Below, in pieces: positions 57,271 through 64,000 of a DNA stretch of 64,000 nt. The stretch lies in sequence record LR756504.1. One strand, given 5' to 3'. Both the position numbers and the translations under genes were made by a program. The notes below the pieces were generated by a model that saw only the letters and a program-made list of their open reading frames with translations, did not search any database and was not told the origin of the DNA. How positions within the stretch are numbered: position 1 is the first letter of the stretch; every line of letters starts with the position of its first letter.

Positions 57271-57456
57271 ATGAGAAATAACTTTGTTTATTATAGTCCA
57301 TTGATACCAATTATTGGTATGTTGATTGTTATATTCGTACCCGTATATACAAAATTATGTATTACCGATGATACACTTTATAAAAAATCTAAACTGATTC
57401 AAAGATTATCTTCAATAATTCTTGGAATTATATCCATATCATATGTGCTATGGTAG
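57271..57456 (+). CDS. Small two-TM protein
   Basis: Hydrophobic. Confidence 0.55.
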   Translation: MRNNFVYYSPLIPIIGMLIVIFVPVYTKLCITDDTLYKKSKLIQRLSSIILGIISISYVLW

Positions 57457-57479
57457 AAAAAATTAAATCATATAATTTA

Positions 57480-58004
57480 ATGAGAGCGTTATATTTTATA
57501 TTATTATTTTTTATATTATCTAATGCTTATTCACAAGATTCGACATTTAAAGTTAAATCATCTTATTATAGTAGAATTCAAAGTTTAACTTATGATGGGG
57601 TTGGTAGTAATAGACATTTACAAATAATAGAAGGTGGTAAATCATTTTCAGTTTTGGATATAGGAATCGCAATTGCGTATAGAGGTGGAGACTCTTTGAT
57701 AATTATGCCTAAACTTACTTTGGATGCTTCACAGTACCAATATTTAAGCAACGAGTACTCAATTGGATTTGGATATTATTACAACAGTCAGACACCTATG
57801 GTATTTGATATTTCGAGTACTATATTAGCACAAGTACATAAAAAAATAGCAATCGGTATAAGTGCTGGCTTTAGTGATTATAGTGGAGATGCTATAAATT
57901 ATACAAAAAACTATATCGGGTTTATTGTTAGAATAGGTTTATTAAGAGACTTTAATGGAATGTTAACTAAAACAACTAGAATGAGATTTAATCATCATCG
58001 ATAG
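57480..58004 (+). CDS. Exported beta-rich protein, possible outer-membrane beta-barrel
   Basis: Signal MRALYFILLFFILSNAYSQ; alternating strands YSIGFGYYY, IAIGISAGF, YIGFIVRIG. Confidence 0.5.
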   Translation: MRALYFILLFFILSNAYSQDSTFKVKSSYYSRIQSLTYDGVGSNRHLQIIEGGKSFSVLDIGIAIAYRGGDSLIIMPKLTLDASQYQYLSNEYSIGFGYYYNSQTPMVFDISSTILAQVHKKIAIGISAGFSDYSGDAINYTKNYIGFIVRIGLLRDFNGMLTKTTRMRFNHHR

Positions 58005-58020
58005 TCTTAGTATATTTTTA

Positions 58021-58540
58021 TTATTTAGCTATTTCCCAATCATTTTTTTCATCATCCCAATGACGATTGTCATATGTATAGAATATAAAAGACTGTCCCA
58101 ATATAGTCAAATCAAAATTAAATCCTGCATGATCACTTCTTCTTGTCCAACATAAATCAAATGAAAATATATTCCCCAATAAATTTAAATGTATTCCAAA
58201 CCATTTATTATCAGTCAATAAACGAACATTTAAATCAAACATTTGGTATACATTCAATTTATTCGGAAGCCATTGTAAACAGAATGATTTATTCTTACAC
58301 CACTTAATAGGTTTCTCTATAAAATACATATTATAATATTTTTAATTCATCAACTTCGAATATATCACTACCTATAAAATTTCCCTTTATAGTAACCATT
58401 TTTCCTTCTAATTTATGTAATGGTTCGTCGTTCTTTCTCAATTTCATTTTCAACCAACCCAATACTATGAAAGCTTCTTCCTGTTCATTTTTAGAACCTT
58501 TGTCGAATATATCAACGACTACTTTTCCACTAATTTCCAT
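58021..58540 (-). other. Two hypothetical CDS (58021-58329, 58331-58540)
   Basis: Packed ORFs. Confidence 0.65.
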
Positions 58541-59006
58541 ATATTTTATCTATTCTTGATTTTCTATCTTGTTTAATTTCTTTTTCTCTTATTGGCATGT
58601 GCCAATCTAATTTTCTATCATTATCAAGAAATATAGTAATATAATACTTTAATTCATTATGGAATTCTATTTCTCTTATTACTGCTTTCACGTCTATTGA
58701 ATTATTTATTTTTGTTGTTATCACATCACCAACTTTAAACTTAGAGTTATCAATTATATATTGATTTCTCTGATTTTTTTCTATTTGTTTTAATTTTTTG
58801 CTATACGGAATATCTAATAATACTAATGGTCCAGTAAGAATAAATATTAAATTCCACCCTCCTACAATATTAGTTTTATTTAAATATTTAGAAAAATATG
58901 TTTTGTGTTCTTTTATTTCAATAATACTTTTCATACCAATAATTATCCACAAACAAAAACCCGTTGTAGAAATAATTATCAATAAAGCTTCCATTGTAGC
59001 ATCCAT
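58530..59006 (-). CDS. Two TMs plus a KOW-like domain plus C-terminal tag
   Basis: KFKVGDVITT; ends QDRKSRIDKIYGN*. Confidence 0.8.
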   Translation of the reverse strand: MDATMEALLIIISTTGFCLWIIIGMKSIIEIKEHKTYFSKYLNKTNIVGGWNLIFILTGPLVLLDIPYSKKLKQIEKNQRNQYIIDNSKFKVGDVITTKINNSIDVKAVIREIEFHNELKYYITIFLDNDRKLDWHMPIREKEIKQDRKSRIDKIYGN

Positions 59007-59064
59007 ATTAATTATATGTTCTCAAATACTATTTGTTTTATTTGTATTGAATTAAAATAGAAAA

Positions 59065-59665
59065 TTATGGACAATATGAGTTTTTCAATGGACGAAATTC
59101 TTTTGGTAATTCTTCGAATGTTATAATATTATAATCAAGCTCACCACCATTATAATTTCTATCTACAATAAATATTGTTTTCGCTTGTTTTAAAATTTCT
59201 AAATAGATAATAGCTTTAGATAGAAAATCTGATATTTGTGCTTTAGTTGATAACACATGGATGAATCTGACAAACTCTTGTTCAACATCATCTAATAATA
59301 TAACACCAAGCACTACTGTACCATACTTATTTGTTCCATAATAAATAACATCATTTTCACCATCATTAGAAACAACAGTATAATCACTTACAATTTCATG
59401 TAAGTGTGGTATTAGATGTTTATGTTTTGCGACAATAAACATATTACTTTTTTAATGATAATAGTTTATTAATTGTATTAGACAATTCTTCGTCCAATTC
59501 AGCATCTAACCAATAACTACCATTGTTACCATCTCTAATATTAATATCCCATTTTTTACAAATTTGTTTCAATCTTAAATCATTCAATTTAACATTATGA
59601 ATTTCTAAGCCATTAACATAAGATGTAAAATCTTCTCTATATAATTTGTATAATTTTTCGTTCAT
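59065..59665 (-). other. Two hypothetical CDS (59065-59442, 59444-59665)
   Basis: Packed ORFs. Confidence 0.65.
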
Positions 59666-59926
59666 TTTAATTTTTATGTGTTAAATATCCAATAGAAAAA
59701 TAAACATAATACAATCATTATCGGAAATAATGCTAACATCCATGCCAACAACCACTTAGATGTATTTAATATTTTTTTAATCATAACCTTTTATATTTTA
59801 TTTGTAATATTAAGCAATTTAATTTATCACTTTCTGATAAATTATTATTTATTTCATTTATAATATAATTAGTTATTTTTTCATGTAATACTAACTTCTT
59901 TGCTAACTTTTCAAATGTATTCATAA

Positions 59927-60286
59927 TTATGATATAGAATTTTCTATAATTTTAGTTCTATATTCTTTGAGTGATAAGGAAGTTTTACTATTGAATTTTA
60001 TAGTAACTCTATTTCCATTAATAGAAATTTCATCAACATCATAATGATATACCCAAGCATCAGATGAACGATTTTCCATGTATAATTCTTTACTATCTCT
60101 TATTCTATTCCATATTTTAATATCAATAATATCAAATTTGGCACAACCATTTTTTGAAAAATATGTTGTATTATCTTTAAATTTAACTTTACCAAAAGAA
60201 AAAGTAAATTCTAAAGCTGCTTCCCATACTATGTTCTTATATTCTTTAATACTTATCATAATTGTAATTTTAACATCTATAGCCAA
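59927..60286 (-). CDS. C-terminal-tag protein
   Basis: Ends LKEYRTKIIENSIS*. Confidence 0.75.
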   Translation of the reverse strand: MAIDVKITIMISIKEYKNIVWEAALEFTFSFGKVKFKDNTTYFSKNGCAKFDIIDIKIWNRIRDSKELYMENRSSDAWVYHYDVDEISINGNRVTIKFNSKTSLSLKEYRTKIIENSIS

Positions 60287-61355
60287 GTACCGTACCTTCT
60301 ACCATTTCTTTCACTCCTTTCAGGCATATCAATTTCACGCACCTTACTTTTAAATATATTTAAATAATAGTCATTTAATCCTTTCTTAAAAATTCTTGAT
60401 AGTTTTAATGATTCTTCGCTTGTTAAATCTATTGTAAATTCTTTATATTTTAAATAACATCTAACATTTTCTACAGTAGTATAATACAACTGTGGATAAA
60501 ATTCTCTATGAATATCATCAGCAAAATAATAATAATCATTATTTTGAATATATTTACTAATGGTATTACTACCACATAATCTATTAAACCAATCCTTTAA
60601 ATATCTCTCAGGTGTTTCTGGTTCAGGTTGTGTTGGTAATATAGGCGTTAATATATTTTCTGTATTGATAGCTTCTTCAATTTCATCCAAATCATCATCA
60701 TTTAAAAAAGTAAAATCTTCTTCTACGGTTGGATCAAAATCTGTGAAATCGTCATAAATATCACCATCATTATCAATAACTTCTGATGTAAAATTACTAC
60801 CATTTATATGCGAATCAACCTTCGGTGTAACTAATCTACCCTCCATATACAAATCTGATTTTGGAATAGGCGGGATGGTATGTTTTTTTACTAAATTAAT
60901 TAATTTTCTCATAATATTATTTCTTTATATGTAAATTTCAAATCATTTATTTTATTAGTAAAAATATTTAAATAATAATCATTAATACCTTTATTAAATA
61001 TAGCTATTAAATTATCCATTTCTGTTCTATTAAGAGAAACTTTAAATTCTTTAAAGCTTAATTTAGTGTATGTAATTGATAATATGGGATAATTATTTGA
61101 TTCAACATTATTTTCACCAAAATAATAAGTCGTTGTACCACAACTATATTTATTTATATTCAAATCATTACATAATATAATAAACCATTCTTTTATTAAT
61201 ATTTCTGGTGTTGGCGGTAATGGTAATTGAGGAGTTAATGTATTTTGTTCTTCTTCCATTTCTATTTCTTCAATATCATCAGAATTTAAAAATATTGATT
61301 CCATTACATTCTGTTTCATATTATTTTCAATATTTTTGGATTTAAAAAACATCAT
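60277..61355 (-). other. Tandem paralog pair (60277-60912, 60909-61355)
   Basis: Shared D..EIE..E...LTP.LP..P..PE..(L/I)K.WF..LC...I.KY..YYF. Confidence 0.75.
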
Positions 61356-61372
61356 AACTCTACAATTTAAAC

Positions 61373-61401
61373 ATTATAGATAAATTAATGATGAAAGTTT
61401 T
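61373..61401 (-). promoter_or_regulatory. Class II promoter AAAACT-N17-TATAAT
   Basis: Exact match on the minus strand, upstream of 61355. Confidence 0.6.
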
Positions 61402-61425
61402 AAAATGAATATTTTTTTATAAAAA

Positions 61426-61457
61426 TTTGTTTTTTTCTTCAGTTATGCGTATATTTG
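61426..61457 (+). promoter_or_regulatory. Bacteroidota-type promoter
   Basis: TTTG-N20-TATATTTG, ATG at 61464. Confidence 0.8.
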
Positions 61458-61463
61458 TCATAT

Positions 61464-61733
61464 ATGAAGAGAAAATACAGAATCAAACACATCATAAAAA
61501 AAGGTAATACATGCTATATTCCACAAATTAGGAAGTTTTTTATGTGGTTTGATATACAAGCAGAAGGAATGTTTGGTATGTATGACGTTTATTTTAATAA
61601 CCAAGAAGATGCTAAAGATTGGATTAAAAAAGACATCGAACATCGAAAAAAGATGGCAGATAATAGAACAATTGAGTGTATTCCATTTCATACAAGAACA
61701 GAAAGAATTCAAAATCTAATTGATAAAAAATGA
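61464..61733 (+). CDS. C-terminal-tag protein
   Basis: Ends HTRTERIQNLIDKK*. Confidence 0.75.
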   Translation: MKRKYRIKHIIKKGNTCYIPQIRKFFMWFDIQAEGMFGMYDVYFNNQEDAKDWIKKDIEHRKKMADNRTIECIPFHTRTERIQNLIDKK

Positions 61734-61871
61734 TTCTTATTAAAGAAACAAAATATCAAGATGGTATCATGAAAGTCTATGAAGTAAAAACGCAATGCTT
61801 TATTCCCGAACATGGTAAAAAAGATATGAAAGAAAGTATATGTATTGAACACATCTTTATATTTGAAAAAT

Positions 61872-62141
61872 ATGAATCTATCTGAATTATTTGATAAATT
61901 AAAAATTGGAGATATTCTAATTATAGAAAAACTACCCAGTCTTTGGTCAAATGCTGCTGGTGGAAAATGTGGTATGAATGTTATTAAATATCCATACCAT
62001 TTTACTATAGAATCCATAGTACTAAGTAGAATCTCAATTCATATTGCAATAAAAGATACAAATGGATATGGTTGGTCAATTAATGATGAAAATATAAAAT
62101 TGTTTACACACATAAACAGAGTTAATAGAATAAAAATTTAA
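61872..62141 (+). CDS. YPYT/DTNGYGW family protein with tag truncated by a 1-nt deletion
   Basis: IGDILII..WSNAAGG..KYPYHFTI..HIAIKDTNGYGWSI; ends RVNRIKI*. Confidence 0.8.
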   Translation: MNLSELFDKLKIGDILIIEKLPSLWSNAAGGKCGMNVIKYPYHFTIESIVLSRISIHIAIKDTNGYGWSINDENIKLFTHINRVNRIKI

Positions 62142-62148
62142 ACCTATA

Positions 62149-62433
62149 ATGGAATACAACGATTTTAAAAAATTAAATGTAGGTGATAATATCACAATTA
62201 AAGAAAATCCAATTTCTTGGACATCCCACAATTATGGTAGATGTGGAACTGATAGAGTAAAGTATCCGTATACATTTACCATCGTTAAATTTGCATATTT
62301 GAAAGGATTTTTTAATCATATTTCTATTATATGTCAAAACGGTTATGGTTGGTCAATTGAAGTGTCTAATTATGAAAAATTTGAAATTAATAAAAAAAGC
62401 AGAAGAAGTAGAATCGAAAATTTGAATATATGA
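62149..62433 (+). CDS. YPYT/NGYGW family tagged protein
   Basis: Ends KSRRSRIENLNI*. Confidence 0.85.
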   Translation: MEYNDFKKLNVGDNITIKENPISWTSHNYGRCGTDRVKYPYTFTIVKFAYLKGFFNHISIICQNGYGWSIEVSNYEKFEINKKSRRSRIENLNI

Positions 62434-62672
62434 AAATTGAAATTGGTGATGTAATGATTTGTTTACCAGGATTTACTAATAACATTAGTAACTCTAACTA
62501 TGGTGGTGCTGGGTATACAGAAAATAAAATATTTACCGTAGGGAGCATTACAGGTAACGGTAGAGTTATATGGGCTAATGATGAAAGTGGTAAAGGTGTT
62601 TACAGTTATACATTAAAACATTATACTAATAGAAAATCAAGAATTGAAAAATTACACAATGAAAATTTATAA
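62430..62672 (+). CDS. KOW-like tagged protein
   Basis: IGDVMIC; ends TNRKSRIEKLHNENL*. Confidence 0.8.
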   Translation: MKIEIGDVMICLPGFTNNISNSNYGGAGYTENKIFTVGSITGNGRVIWANDESGKGVYSYTLKHYTNRKSRIEKLHNENL

Positions 62673-62692
62673 TAATAAATAAAATACCATTT

Positions 62693-63121
62693 TTATATTA
62701 TATGATATTCTAAATAATTATGTTTCTCTATATACTCTTGTGGTGATTTATATTTTTCGGGGAAACCTTTCGACCTATCCCAACTTGGTTTTAGCATATC
62801 TATTGCATACATAGCCCTAGCAATTGTTGGCTCATATGTAGAACCTAAACCAAAACCAGTTCCCCATTTAGATGATGGTTTATGTACAGATGCGAATCTG
62901 AACTCACCATAACGATCATAATCAACTTTACCAATTTTATTATCCTTAGTAAATAAAAACCATGTCGATGGTTCTTCTGGTACTATAATATCAAATCCAT
63001 TTGATTTTAGCAGTTTTGCATATTGATTTAATGCTTCGGATGTAGAGTAAATTTCATCTTCCTCTTCTTCTTCCTCATCCCAATCTTCCGAGAAATCTTC
63101 AAACAATTTTAAGTATTTCAT
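62693..63121 (-). CDS. MKYLKLFE N-terminal-tag protein with acidic linker
   Basis: MKYLKLFEDFSEDWDEEEEEE, near-identical to the 47163 N-terminus. Confidence 0.8.
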   Translation of the reverse strand: MKYLKLFEDFSEDWDEEEEEEDEIYSTSEALNQYAKLLKSNGFDIIVPEEPSTWFLFTKDNKIGKVDYDRYGEFRFASVHKPSSKWGTGFGLGSTYEPTIARAMYAIDMLKPSWDRSKGFPEKYKSPQEYIEKHNYLEYHII

Positions 63122-63124
63122 GAA

Positions 63125-63141
63125 CTATATATAATATATAC
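63125..63141. promoter_or_regulatory. TATATA-rich bidirectional element between divergent genes
   Basis: CTATATATAATATATAC in a 23-nt gap between two ATGs. Confidence 0.45.
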
Positions 63142-63144
63142 TTT

Positions 63145-63699
63145 ATGAATTTCTACTCAAATTTCGATGATTTTCTATTAGAGAAAAATGGATTTACACA
63201 CAATGTATTATTATATAAATTAAATATTCCTGGATGGGAAAATATTATAAACAGTATTGATAAAGAAGATATTTGGAAAATAGAGAATACAGAATTACCT
63301 GGTATACCAGGTGGTTATCAATTGTATCCACATGTTACTTTATTGTATAATTTAAGAAATACAAATATAAACAAAATTGGTTCATTAATAAGCACCTTAG
63401 AACCTATTAAATTTGAAATTAATGGTATAAATATATTTAGAACATCTAAGGGATACGATGTATTAAAAATGTCTGTTAAACCAACCGAAGAACTTCTTTA
63501 TATACATCAAATATTTAAGGATATTTTTCATACAAATTCTAATGATGATTATACACCACATATTACAATAGCATACTTAAAAGAAGGTACTGCTCTAAAA
63601 TATGTTGATTATGAATATAAAAATATTATTTATTCCGATACTATCATATACAGTCTAAAAAGTGGTTATCAACTCGAATTTAAAATTGATGCTAAATAA
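63145..63699 (+). CDS. 2H phosphoesterase, Acb1 (T4 gp57B)-like
   Basis: Two HxT motifs, YPHVTLLY and DDYTPHITIAY; the second closely resembles DDYTPHITLSY of T4 Acb1 as recalled. Confidence 0.8.
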   Translation: MNFYSNFDDFLLEKNGFTHNVLLYKLNIPGWENIINSIDKEDIWKIENTELPGIPGGYQLYPHVTLLYNLRNTNINKIGSLISTLEPIKFEINGINIFRTSKGYDVLKMSVKPTEELLYIHQIFKDIFHTNSNDDYTPHITIAYLKEGTALKYVDYEYKNIIYSDTIIYSLKSGYQLEFKIDAK

Positions 63700-63704
63700 G
63701 TAGC

Positions 63705-63977
63705 TTAATTATAAAGATTATCAATTCTCGATTTTCTATCAAGTTTTACACATCTTTCATCAAATTCTATACGCTCTAATCCTTCCAATAAATAAACAAT
63801 ACTAAAATTTTTAACTTTAATTTTAACTATTTTACCTTTTATATTATGATTGTATAATATGGCTATTACTCTATCATCAATTTTAAATTTGACGTTTCTC
63901 AGTAATCGTTTCTTGTGCTTTATGTTTATTATTGATGTAATTAAAATATCTATTGAAATTAATGGACCACTCAACAT
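63705..63977 (-). CDS. KOW-like tagged protein
   Basis: KFKIDDRVIA; ends LDRKSRIDNLYN*. Confidence 0.8.
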   Translation of the reverse strand: MLSGPLISIDILITSIINIKHKKRLLRNVKFKIDDRVIAILYNHNIKGKIVKIKVKNFSIVYLLEGLERIEFDERCVKLDRKSRIDNLYN

Positions 63978-64000
63978 AAGTAATATATTATATTTACTAA

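Larger units (their letters stand above)
1..64000. other. Accessory-gene region of a large T4-like phage, probable Bacteroidota host
   Basis: About 170 short tightly packed ORFs with ATGA/TAATG overlaps; denV, Acb1-like and ClpX genes; over 20 Bacteroidota-type promoters; no cellular housekeeping operons. Confidence 0.88.

Noticed and set aside
4433-62017. Antisense or shadow ORFs (4433, 6206, 7108, 8105, 10241, 11909, 14576, 24860, 26525, 32551, 37696, 37990, 48582, 49720, 50690, 51255, 53305, 53795, 56940, 58798, 60078, 60560, 61458, 61709)
   Set aside because: They overlap better-supported genes or promoters on the other strand or frame and have the Phe/Ile/Ser-rich composition expected of AT-rich reverse frames.
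1-64000. Alternative genetic code (stop-codon reassignment)
   Set aside because: TAA, TAG and TGA all end genes right after the conserved tag and overlap the next start. Coding density is high under the standard code, and the two in-frame TAA cases are isolated.
1-64000. CRISPR array
   Set aside because: No identical 25-45 bp repeats with regular unique spacers; the recurring sequences are degenerate coding tails or promoters.

Overview
Gene-dense, very AT-rich (roughly 25% GC by eye) accessory region of a large lytic phage with T4-like features (denV, an Acb1/gp57B-like 2H phosphoesterase, fragments resembling gp23). Repeated TTTG-N19-21-TAnnTTTG promoters point to a Bacteroidota host. It uses the standard genetic code. 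No replication, structural or lysis core genes, integrase, RT or CRISPR array are visible. Recognisable genes are a divergent ClpX, denV, a Mesh1/SAH-type HD hydrolase, a 2OG-Fe(II) oxygenase-like protein, two minimal ABC-type ATPases, HExxH metallopeptidases, a HAD-like protein, a ferritin-like protein with an in-frame stop, a CSD/S1 OB-fold protein and two atypical tRNA-Glu-like genes. The dominant unexplained signal is a library of about 60 small proteins from several paralog families and singletons, all ending in one C-terminal helix motif, (E)(Y/H)RKxxI(E/D)xL(L/I) or (D/N)RKxRI(D/E)xL. A second, N-terminal tag (MKYLKLFE) marks a few genes behind TATATA-type promoters. Three promoter classes, systematic leaderless starts, a palindromic operator, exact anti-Shine-Dalgarno copies and several structured-RNA candidates are also reported. 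All function calls come from motifs read by eye; no searches were run.
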